This document shows positions 8,580 through 15,644 of a stretch of DNA of 64,000 nt, piece by piece. The stretch lies in the NCBI GenBank assembly GCA_036388635.1, contig DASVRL010000422.1, positions 1,098 to 65,097 on the forward strand. The letters run 5' to 3'. This DNA is from Pyrinomonadaceae bacterium. GTDB lineage: Bacteria; Acidobacteriota; Blastocatellia; Pyrinomonadales; Pyrinomonadaceae. Within the stretch, counting starts at the first letter, position 1, and the number at the start of each line of letters is the position of its first letter. A program made the translations under genes and the position numbers. The notes under the pieces were generated by a model, which was not told the DNA's origin, did not search any database, and saw only the letters and a program-made list of their open reading frames with translations.

Positions 8580-8648
8580 TAACTGATAACTGGTAGTCGA
8601 TAGTTTCGTCTTTCACTATCAGTTATCAGTTACCAATTATCACTTACA
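8574..8648. repeat. palindromic heptamer-array element, family A copy 2
   Basis: AGTTGATAACTGATAACTGGTAGTCGATAGTT (8574-8605) matches 3106-3137 at 28/32 positions. The right arm CAGTTATCAGTTACCAATTATCACTTACA (8620-8648) matches 3181-3209. The element fills the gap between a stop codon and the next ATG exactly. Confidence 0.85.
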
Positions 8649-9266
8649 ATGAAAATCCTGATTATCGAAAACGAAACGCTCGTCCGCGTCGGCATCTGCA
8701 CGATTTTAGAAAGGGAAAAAGATTTTGAGATTGTCGGCGACGCGCGAACCAGCGCGGAAGGTTTTCGTTTGTTTCAGGAAAAACTACCGGACGTGACTTT
8801 GATGAGCCTCCGCCTTCCCGAATCGTGTGCCGTTGACGAAATCGGAAATTTTCTCGAATATGCGCCGAAAGCAAAAATCATTATTCTCGCCTCGCACGCG
8901 GGCGACGCCGAAATCAATCGCGCGCTGATGGGCGGCGCCTACGGCTATATCCTGCGCAATATTTCCGAAAGCGAATTGATCAAAGCGATTCGCACCGTAG
9001 CGGCGGGCAAAAAATATATTCCCGGCGAGATTGCCTCTATCTTGAGCGAAAATCTGGGGCAGGAAACGCTCACGCCGAGCGAGCAGCGCATTTTGGAAAT
9101 GATTGTCGCCGGACAATCGAACAAGGAAATCGCTTTTGAATTGAGCGTTTCCGAAAATACCGTTAAAACGCACATCAAAAACATCTTCGAAAAGCTAGCC
9201 GTCTCCGACCGCACTTCCGCCGCCACCTCCGCTATCAAACGCGGCTTAGTCAGATTTGAACAGTAA
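8649..9266 (+). CDS. LuxR/NarL-family regulator with a degenerate (pseudo-)receiver domain
   Basis: The C-terminal LuxR HTH is present (LTPSEQRILEMIVAGQSNKEIAFELSVSENTVKTHIKNIFEKL). In the receiver domain the acidic pair is E-N (ILIIENETL). The phospho-acceptor position reads LMSLRLPE, so Ser replaces Asp. The conserved Lys position reads YILRN. Confidence 0.8.
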   Translation: MKILIIENETLVRVGICTILEREKDFEIVGDARTSAEGFRLFQEKLPDVTLMSLRLPESCAVDEIGNFLEYAPKAKIIILASHAGDAEINRALMGGAYGYILRNISESELIKAIRTVAAGKKYIPGEIASILSENLGQETLTPSEQRILEMIVAGQSNKEIAFELSVSENTVKTHIKNIFEKLAVSDRTSAATSAIKRGLVRFEQ

Positions 9267-9270
9267 GCAG

Positions 9271-9345
9271 TTCGAATGCGGAGTGCGGATTTGCCGTTAT
9301 CGAAAGACCAATCCGCATTCCGCATTCGCATCACCCGAAAGGGTG
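9271..9345 (+). repeat. tandem-unit hairpin downstream of the regulator gene
   Basis: A 19-bp stem, CGAATGCGGAGTGCGGATT (9271-9289) pairing with AATCCGCATTCCGCATTCG (9309-9327), has one mismatch. A second small hairpin, TCACCC-GAAA-GGGTGA, follows at 9330-9345. Confidence 0.75.
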
Positions 9346-9434
9346 AGAAAAATCTCGCCCGGTTTGATGATTTCAAGACAAACTTTTTCTAGTATTCTAA
9401 AAACATAGAATTTTTGGAATAGAGGGAAAAATCA

Positions 9435-10136
9435 ATGATTAAAATCAGACGAGCAAACGAACGCGGGCACGCCAATTACGGTTGGCTGGACACTTATCAC
9501 ACCTTTTCATTCAACACCTATTACGACCCGAGTTTTATGGGCTTTCGCACATTGCGCGTCATAAATGAAGACCGCGTGGCGGCGGGCGAAGGCTTCGGCA
9601 CGCACGGGCACGCGAATATGGAAATCATTACCTATGTGACCGAAGGCGCGCTGGCGCACAAAGATTCGACGGGCGGCGAAGAAACGCTGCGCCCGCACGA
9701 AGTCCAGCGAATGACCGCCGGAACCGGCATTCGTCACAGCGAATTTAACCCGTCGGAAACCGAGAGCACGCATCTTTATCAGATTTGGATTCTGCCGGAA
9801 AAAGAAGGTTTGACGCCCGGATACGAACAGACGTATTTTGCGCCCGAAGAGAAAAAAGGAAAGCTGCGGCTGGTCGCCTCGCGCGCGGGCACTGACGGCT
9901 CGGTGAAAATCAACCAGGACGTTTCGCTTTACAGCTCGATTCTGGCGACGGGCGAAGAGGTTTCGCACAATTTGGCGGAAAATCGTCACGCGTGGATGCA
10001 GGTCGTGAAAGGAAAACTGGAAATCAACGGCGAGACTTTAAAGACAAGCGACGGCGCGGCAATCAGCGACGAGCGAGAATTGAAAATCAGAGCGCTGGAA
10101 GATGAAACGGAATTTCTGCTTTTCGATTTGAATTAA
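9435..10136 (+). CDS. yhhW: pirin-family protein (YhhW-like quercetin 2,3-dioxygenase type)
   Basis: It aligns along its whole length with my recollection of E. coli YhhW. Shared blocks include RRANERGHANYGWLDTYHTFSF, GFGTHGHANMEIITYV, GTGIRHSEFNPS and LYQIWILPE. Confidence 0.88.
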   Translation: MIKIRRANERGHANYGWLDTYHTFSFNTYYDPSFMGFRTLRVINEDRVAAGEGFGTHGHANMEIITYVTEGALAHKDSTGGEETLRPHEVQRMTAGTGIRHSEFNPSETESTHLYQIWILPEKEGLTPGYEQTYFAPEEKKGKLRLVASRAGTDGSVKINQDVSLYSSILATGEEVSHNLAENRHAWMQVVKGKLEINGETLKTSDGAAISDERELKIRALEDETEFLLFDLN

Positions 10137-10172
10137 TTAAAGAAATTTCAGACGCGGTAATTAGAACGCGAT

Positions 10173-10238
10173 GAACGCGCAGCGATGAATGATGAATTCC
10201 TTATTCCGCCTTCATCGCTGCGCGTTCACGCGTTTTTC
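10173..10238 (+). terminator. intrinsic terminator; family B-related hairpin
   Basis: A perfect 17-bp stem, GAACGCGCAGCGATGAA (10173-10189) pairing with TTCATCGCTGCGCGTTC (10211-10227), is followed shortly by a T-run (10232-10238). Its left arm is homologous to 8004-8027. Confidence 0.8.
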
Positions 10239-10270
10239 TTTATCCTGTTTATTTTTTCTATAATGATTTT

Positions 10271-11257
10271 ATGAAAGCAGTTTACGTTAAAGAATTCGGC
10301 GGAATCGAAAATCTCGAAATCCGCGAAGTGGAAAATCCGCCGCCGCCTGCCGGAAAGGAAGTTTTGGTCAAGGTTAAAGCTTCGGCATTGAATCGCGCTG
10401 ACCTTTTACAGCGGCGCGGGCTTTATCCGGCACCGCTCGGTTTTCCCGAAAGAATTTTAGGTTTGGAATTTGCGGGCGAAGTCGCCGAAACGGGCGAAAA
10501 TGTGTCTGATTTCAAAATCGGCGACAGAATTTTCGGCATTACGGCGGGCGGCGCGCAAGCCGAATTTTTACTGACCGACGAAAGTCTTCTGGCGCGGATT
10601 CCGGAAAACTTAAGTTTCGCCGAAGCCGCCGCCGTTCCCGAAGCTTTTATCACCGCCCACGACGCCCTTTTTACGTTAGGCGAGCTGAAATCGAATGAAA
10701 CGCTTTTGATTCACGCCGTCGGCTCGGGCGTCGGGTTGGCGGCTCTGCAACTGGCAAAAGCGCGAAATATTAAAACCATCGGAACTTCGCGAACCGCCGG
10801 CAAACTCGAAAAATGCAGAGAATTCGGGCTTGACGAACCGATCTCGGCTCGGGGCGAAACAAACTTTGCAGAAATCATCAGAGAAAAAAATCAGGGCAAA
10901 GGCGTTGACGTAATTTTGGATTTAGTCGGCGCAAAATATTTTCAGGCAAATCTGGAAAGCTTGAATTTAAAGGGCAGGCTCATTTTAGTCGGCACGACCG
11001 GCGGCGCGCAAGCCGAATTGAATTACGGCGCGGTGATGCGGAAACGCCTGAAAATTATCGGAACCGTGCTGCGCCCGCGCCCGACGCCGGAAAAAGCCGA
11101 GGCGACGCGAAAATTTGCGGAAGAAGTCGTGCCTTTGCTGGCAAACGGAAAAATTAAACCGAACGTCGACAAAGTTTTCCAGCTCGAACAAATCCGCGAA
11201 GCGCACGAATATCTGGAGTCAAACGCGAGCTTCGGAAAAGTCGTTTTGGAATTTTAG
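10271..11257 (+). CDS. NAD(P)H:quinone oxidoreductase (MDR/zeta-crystallin, PIG3-like)
   Basis: 328 aa with the medium-chain dehydrogenase pattern. Motifs seen are VKVKASALNRADLLQRRGLYP, the Rossmann motif HAVGSGVGLAALQLAK and a C-terminal GKVVLEF. Confidence 0.85.
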   Translation: MKAVYVKEFGGIENLEIREVENPPPPAGKEVLVKVKASALNRADLLQRRGLYPAPLGFPERILGLEFAGEVAETGENVSDFKIGDRIFGITAGGAQAEFLLTDESLLARIPENLSFAEAAAVPEAFITAHDALFTLGELKSNETLLIHAVGSGVGLAALQLAKARNIKTIGTSRTAGKLEKCREFGLDEPISARGETNFAEIIREKNQGKGVDVILDLVGAKYFQANLESLNLKGRLILVGTTGGAQAELNYGAVMRKRLKIIGTVLRPRPTPEKAEATRKFAEEVVPLLANGKIKPNVDKVFQLEQIREAHEYLESNASFGKVVLEF

Positions 11258-11285
11258 CCGGGAGCGAAGAATTAGCCGCGAAAAA

Positions 11286-11424
11286 ACACGAAAAAGCGCG
11301 AAAGAATAATTAAGAAAAATTAGCGGCGAACAATACGAATTGCGCAAATTGTTTTTTATTTCTTCTATTCGTGTTATTCGTCGCTATATTTTCTTAATTA
11401 TTCTTTTTGTGTTCTTTCGCGCCT
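11286..11424. repeat. long imperfect palindrome between convergent genes
   Basis: A perfect 15-bp pair, GAATAATTAAGAAAA (11304-11318) with TTTTCTTAATTATTC (11389-11403). Further arm pairs include AGCGGCGAACAATACGAAT with ATTCGTGTTATTCGTCGCT. The flanking modules appear in permuted order in the two arms. Confidence 0.75.
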
Positions 11425-11432
11425 TTTCGCAG

Positions 11433-11699
11433 CTAATCTTTCCGCCCCGAAATTCGCGCTGCGGCTTCGTCCGTGATGATACACAAGCCGGAGATATTCT
11501 GTTTTTGCAGTTTTTCCAGCCATTTTTGCGCTTCCGCGTAAGGCAAACCGTGAACGGCGACCGATTCAAAGCTCACGACCGACCAGCGCGGCTCGTTCAG
11601 CTCGCTGGAAACCTCGTTCTCGGTTTCGGCGGCTGGCGCGTCCGATTTTTTGTTCTTTTCAGATGTCATTTTCGTCATCTTTGCGCCTGACTTTAACAT
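11433..11699 (-). CDS. small hypothetical protein
   Basis: The 88-aa ORF has a globular-looking C-terminal half (RWSVVSFESVAVHGLPYAEAQKWLEKLQKQNISGLCIITDEAAARI). The overlapping plus-strand ORF (11340..11690) is low-complexity and runs through the palindrome. Confidence 0.5.
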   Translation of the reverse strand: MLKSGAKMTKMTSEKNKKSDAPAAETENEVSSELNEPRWSVVSFESVAVHGLPYAEAQKWLEKLQKQNISGLCIITDEAAARISGRKD

Positions 11700-11800
11700 A
11701 ATATCCCTTTGATTGTAAAAGTTTTAACAGAGTTGCTTTCTCAAAAAACGCACGCTCGTTACATCTCTAACACGTTTAAGTTATAATTCTGTTAACAAAA

Positions 11801-12871
11801 ATGAATTTCACCGAAACAATTTTTTTGACCGGCTTTCCCGGCTTTATCGCCGGCAGGCTCGTCGAGCGGCTGGCAAAACCCGAAACGCAGTTTTTTCTGC
11901 TCGTGCAGGCGCCGCTCGTCAAAAAAGCGATGCACGACATCGAAATCATCGCGCTCGCCAACAACGTTCCGCTCGAAAATTTCGCCTTGATTGAAGGCGA
12001 TATTACACGAAAAAATCTGGGAATTTCAGATGAAGATTCGGAAACCATCCGGCGCGAGACGACCGACGTTTATCATCTGGCGGCGATTTACGATTTGGCT
12101 GTGCCGCGCGACATCGCGCTGCTCATCAATGTCAGAGGCACGAAAAACGTCAACGAATTTGTTAAATCGCTGCCGAATCTGCGCCGCTATAATTACATTT
12201 CGACCTGCTATGTCGCCGGAAAACGAAAAGGCGAAATTCTGGAAACCGAGCTGGAACACGACGCCGGTTTTCGCAATTTTTACGAAGAAACGAAATATCT
12301 GGCGGAAATCGAGGTCGAGAAACTGAAAAGCGAATTGCCCGTCACGATTTTTCGCCCGTCGGTCGTCGTCGGCGATTCCAGAACTGGCGAGACGGCAAAA
12401 TACGACGGAATTTATTATCTGATTCAGTACCTGCGAAAGTTTCCGGCGATTCTGCGTTTTATAAATGTCGGAAATTCTTCGGTCAGGCTCAATCTCGTCC
12501 CGGTCGATTTCGTCGTCGAGGGCATCGCGGCGCTCGCCAAAGACGAAAATGCGACGGGAAAAACCATTGCGCTCGCCGACCCGAACGCCTTGACGACCGA
12601 GCAGCTTTTCGATGCGATCAGCGAAGCGCTGACCGGTAAAAAATCGTTGATTAAACCGCCGCCGAAATTAGTGGAAAATAGCCTGCTGCTGACGATTTCA
12701 CCGGCGCTGACCGGCTTGCCGCATTCGGGCGTGCCGTATTTTTTTCTTTCGCAAACTTACAATACAAAGGTCGCCGACGAGCTGCTCTCGGCGCACGATA
12801 TAAGCTGTCCGAATTTTTCGTCTTATGTAAAAAATCTGCTCAAATTCGTCGAAAAAAATCCGAGGCTTTAG
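11801..12871 (+). CDS. SDR-family NAD-dependent epimerase / thioester-reductase-like protein
   Basis: It has the N-terminal Rossmann motif FLTGFPGFIAGRLVERL and a YxxxK region (YEETKYLAE). The 356-aa length fits. Confidence 0.75.
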   Translation: MNFTETIFLTGFPGFIAGRLVERLAKPETQFFLLVQAPLVKKAMHDIEIIALANNVPLENFALIEGDITRKNLGISDEDSETIRRETTDVYHLAAIYDLAVPRDIALLINVRGTKNVNEFVKSLPNLRRYNYISTCYVAGKRKGEILETELEHDAGFRNFYEETKYLAEIEVEKLKSELPVTIFRPSVVVGDSRTGETAKYDGIYYLIQYLRKFPAILRFINVGNSSVRLNLVPVDFVVEGIAALAKDENATGKTIALADPNALTTEQLFDAISEALTGKKSLIKPPPKLVENSLLLTISPALTGLPHSGVPYFFLSQTYNTKVADELLSAHDISCPNFSSYVKNLLKFVEKNPRL

Positions 12872-12942
12872 AAATCTTTACAATCGCTAAAGCATATTTT
12901 TCGCCCGGCGAAACATCATAACCAGTAGCTTTGAGGAAAATT

Positions 12943-14073
12943 ATGCTTTTGTCACGAGTCAAATTCCCGTTTTTCGTTCTCGGATTACTTTTCGTTTTTT
13001 CGACCGGCAGCCTTCAGGCGCAATCCGGAAATACGCGTCAGGCGCAGCCGACGCCGACGCCGCCCGAACAAGTCGAAAGAGTCGAGACGGAAGAAATCCG
13101 GCTCAATATCTCGGCTTTTGACGCCAACGGAAAATTCGTTTCCGACCTGCGCATCGAAGATTTGGTTATCAACGAAGACGGGCGGCTGCACCAGGCGACG
13201 AGCGTCCGCCGGACGCCGGCAAACGTTTTGATTCTGCTGGATGTCGGCAACGAAATCGCGTATGCGAAAAGAAGAGCGGCGACGGCGGCGGCGGCGCGAG
13301 GTCTGGTCGGCGCTCTGCGCGAAACCGATTCGGTCGCCGTTATGCAGTACGGCGATAAAGTGGAAATTTTGTCCGAATGGACGCAGGATAAAACGGCGCT
13401 TTTAAACGCGCTGAACGATAAAAAACTCGGCTACGGCAAACGCTCGGTTTTTAATCAGGCGCTCGCCGCGGCGGTCGATTTTTTCCGAAAAACGCCGCTC
13501 GAAAATCGTCATCTGGTTTTAATTTCCGACGGCGTGGATACTTATAACGATTTGCGCTCAAAGAATCTAGCCATCAAAAATCTGCTCTCGTCCGACATCA
13601 ACGTCCACGTCATCAGCTACACCAAGCTTCAGCAAAATGCGATTACGATGCCGAAAACTCTGAAAGGCGGCGGCGGCAGACCAAAAGCCAATAATCTGCC
13701 GCCGGGCGCGGAAATCCCCATTCACGGCTCGACGCCGACTTATACGATAGCCACGCTTAATCTCGACCGCGAAATGATTCGCAAGCGACAAGAGCAAATC
13801 GCGCAGCTGAAAACCAGCGAAAAGCTTCTGGCGACGATTGCCGAAGACACGAACGGCGAGATTTTTCTGCCGGAAACCGTCGAGGAAATGGTCGATAAAA
13901 CCGCGCAGCTGGCAAAAAATATAGATTCGCAATACGTCGTCACCTACACGCCGAAACGCGCGCTGAACGAAGCCGACGACGGCGAAGTGCGCGTTATCGA
14001 AGTTTCTTCCAGACGCGCCGGAATCGACATTCTCGGTCGCCGAAAGCTGGTCGTCACAAACAATAAAAACTAA
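12943..14073 (+). CDS. secreted VWA-domain protein (acidobacterial VWFA-type architecture)
   Basis: The ATG at 12943 has GAGGA 5 nt upstream. It has a signal peptide. The VWA core shows LILLDVGNE...SVAVMQY...LVLISDG. Confidence 0.75.
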   Translation: MLLSRVKFPFFVLGLLFVFSTGSLQAQSGNTRQAQPTPTPPEQVERVETEEIRLNISAFDANGKFVSDLRIEDLVINEDGRLHQATSVRRTPANVLILLDVGNEIAYAKRRAATAAAARGLVGALRETDSVAVMQYGDKVEILSEWTQDKTALLNALNDKKLGYGKRSVFNQALAAAVDFFRKTPLENRHLVLISDGVDTYNDLRSKNLAIKNLLSSDINVHVISYTKLQQNAITMPKTLKGGGGRPKANNLPPGAEIPIHGSTPTYTIATLNLDREMIRKRQEQIAQLKTSEKLLATIAEDTNGEIFLPETVEEMVDKTAQLAKNIDSQYVVTYTPKRALNEADDGEVRVIEVSSRRAGIDILGRRKLVVTNNKN

Positions 14074-14103
14074 AACCGAACCTTTTCGAACGACGCGAGA
14101 CTG

Positions 14104-14172
14104 ATGATAAAAAAACTCGCCTTCGTTTCAGTTTTAATTTTAACTTTTTATGCCGAGGCGTTTGCTCAGTAA
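14104..14172 (+). pseudogene. orphan signal-peptide stub (remnant of a truncated secreted-protein gene)
   Basis: The ORF reads ATG..TAA and encodes only MIKKLAFVSVLILTFYAEAFAQ. That is a complete Sec signal peptide ending at an AxA-like cleavage site, followed at once by a stop and the start of the AT-rich DNA. Confidence 0.55.
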
Positions 14173-14467
14173 ACTTCTGTGAGATCGCTCATATCTTGAA
14201 AAACGCCTTCTAACAAAATCAACAACTTAGAAATTGAAATTGCGCATAATGTGAAAAAACTGTAGCGCATAAAGTGAAAATTTCTGCTATTTTAAGCGCA
14301 TATATTGAAATTTTCTTTCCAATGAAGTTATCAATTCTAATGGGGGTTTAAATAGATAACTGGTTTAAGTGAGGATGAAATATTTAATTAATTATTAAAA
14401 TAATCTGAAACGGATTATTATTTTTGGAAATAGTTATAATTACTGAGGATGATTCGGTAAACGGTTC

Positions 14468-14498
14468 AAACGAGAGCCAACTATGCTCTCGTTTTTAT
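14468..14498 (+). terminator. plus-strand intrinsic terminator inside the islet
   Basis: The stem is AAACGAGAGC (14468-14477) pairing with GCTCTCGTTT (14485-14494), running into TTTTTATT. No plus-strand ORF of 60 aa or more lies upstream. Confidence 0.6.
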
Positions 14499-14518
14499 TC
14501 ATTGAAATATGCTGTTTG

Positions 14519-14767
14519 TTAAACAACCCGTTTGTTTATTAGAGATTCTCGATAACTTTTTTTAGCATCAGCCACTATTTTTTTGGTAGTTTCGGGAGTT
14601 CCTCTTAGCATAAGACCAAGTTTGTTAGGAAGGTCTACTCCAAAAATGTCGCCTCTATTTATTATCCTTGCTGAGAAGTCGCGCCGATTTTTGCCTATTT
14701 GCACGGAAATTCGAGCATTATTTCCGCCTGCTACTACTTTTATTAATTTTACTCTTTTATAAACCAT
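14519..14767 (-). CDS. 82-aa basic protein, translationally coupled partner of the C39-like peptidase
   Basis: The ATG at 14767 is preceded by GGAGGAGAGG and lies 19 nt inside the upstream ORF. The N-terminus MVYKRVKLIKVVAGG ends in Gly-Gly. The protein is rich in Lys and Arg. Confidence 0.6.
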   Translation of the reverse strand: MVYKRVKLIKVVAGGNNARISVQIGKNRRDFSARIINRGDIFGVDLPNKLGLMLRGTPETTKKIVADAKKSYRESLINKRVV

Positions 14768-15270
14768 CTTAAAATCACCTCTCCTCCCCAATGTTGCTTA
14801 AAATCTTCAAACGTCATTTTATAACTTGTCTGGTCAAAGGGATCTTTGATTTCGATGAAATCATCTTCAGATACGTTTTCTATAATTACTGCGTGTCCTA
14901 AGAAGGACATTGGTTCCAGTAAAATTACACTTATTGGCTTTTGACTTAATACAGCATCAATACATTCTACATCAGCGGTAAATCCTTGCCACTCTTTACC
15001 ATCATCTGTATCCTTATCAAATGTATTCAAACATCGCGCTAAATTAGCGATATATGTCGGCTCACCAATTATAGCACGAATTTTTTCTTGAGATACTGAA
15101 ATTCCTCGTGTCTTTAATAGCATTTCGCCAACTGCTGAAACGCACGAAATGCCAGTTGTTTGCTTAACAATCGTTTCATCAGTTGTTTCTTCATATCTTT
15201 TCCAGCTACCACCTGCTCCACTTTCCATATTTTGAGAATTTTCAAGAATGTCCACATTAGAGCGTTTCAA
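14749..15270 (-). CDS. free-standing papain-fold / peptidase C39-like cysteine peptidase
   Basis: The motifs occur in the order and spacing of C39 domains. They are Q-x5-C (QTTGISCVSAVGEMLL), a His strand (FLGHAVII) and IEIKDPFDQ...FEDFKQHWGGEV. There is no signal peptide or TM helix. Confidence 0.65.
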   Translation of the reverse strand: MKRSNVDILENSQNMESGAGGSWKRYEETTDETIVKQTTGISCVSAVGEMLLKTRGISVSQEKIRAIIGEPTYIANLARCLNTFDKDTDDGKEWQGFTADVECIDAVLSQKPISVILLEPMSFLGHAVIIENVSEDDFIEIKDPFDQTSYKMTFEDFKQHWGGEVILRWFIKE

Positions 15271-15596
15271 ATATTAAAATATCTAGACTGCCTTTACAGT
15301 GATAAAAAGTCAACGGGGACGCTCATATGAGATTTTTGCAGAAAACTACAATTCCAAATTTAGTGTCAATTTCTCAGTTAACACTAAATTTATTTCAAAC
15401 TAACAACCATTCAACTTTTATAATTAAGGTTGGACTTTCAGTAGAAAAAATAATCGACGATGAAATAGAATTATATAAATAGGAAAAATTCCAATATACA
15501 GTATTATATTTCCCATTTTCATTTTATGCCCTAACTAACATACGCGTCCTCTCTGATCTCACAACTTCGCCTAAACCTTACTCCACTAAAATCCGC

Positions 15597-15630
15597 TTGA
15601 CATTTTTTAGAATTAGAATTATTCTAAATC
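15597..15630 (+). promoter_or_regulatory. sigma-70-type promoter with overlapping Fur-family (PerR-like) 7-1-7 operator
   Basis: TTGACA lies at 15597-15602 with a 17-nt spacer to TATTCT at 15620-15625. A perfect palindrome, TTAGAAT-T-ATTCTAA, lies at 15613-15627. An extra TTAGAAT half-site sits at 15607-15613. Confidence 0.7.
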
Positions 15631-15644
15631 TAACTTAGGACACA

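Larger units (their letters stand above)
14173..15595. other. AT-rich genomic islet (probable foreign DNA; no mobility gene seen)
   Basis: Hand counts of 60-nt samples give about 23% G+C at 14341-14400 and 32% at 14521-14580. The flanks give about 58% at 13981-14040 and 50% at 15661-15720. Confidence 0.75.

Noticed and set aside
15424-15522. A 32-codon hydrophobic ORF (MKMGNIILYIGIFPIYIILFHRRLFFLLKVQP) on the minus strand upstream of the peptidase gene. It could be a type I toxin or a bacteriocin-immunity-like peptide.
   Set aside because: It has no convincing Shine-Dalgarno sequence. In DNA that is about 25-30% G+C, short Ile/Phe/Leu-rich ORFs arise easily by chance. I am not calling it without conservation or expression data.
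14178-15563. A 9-bp inverted match (TGTGAGATC/GATCTCACA) near both islet edges, and a 9-bp direct repeat (CGCTCATAT), as possible terminal inverted repeats or a target-site duplication
   Set aside because: The matches are too short to distinguish from chance. The direct repeats do not sit at the compositional boundary, and no transposase is present. They are mentioned only as weak hints inside the islet finding.
14173-15595. Calling the islet a mobile element or prophage remnant
   Set aside because: There is no integrase, transposase, tRNA attachment site or phage gene in or next to it. Only the composition and the truncated neighbouring gene support foreign origin.
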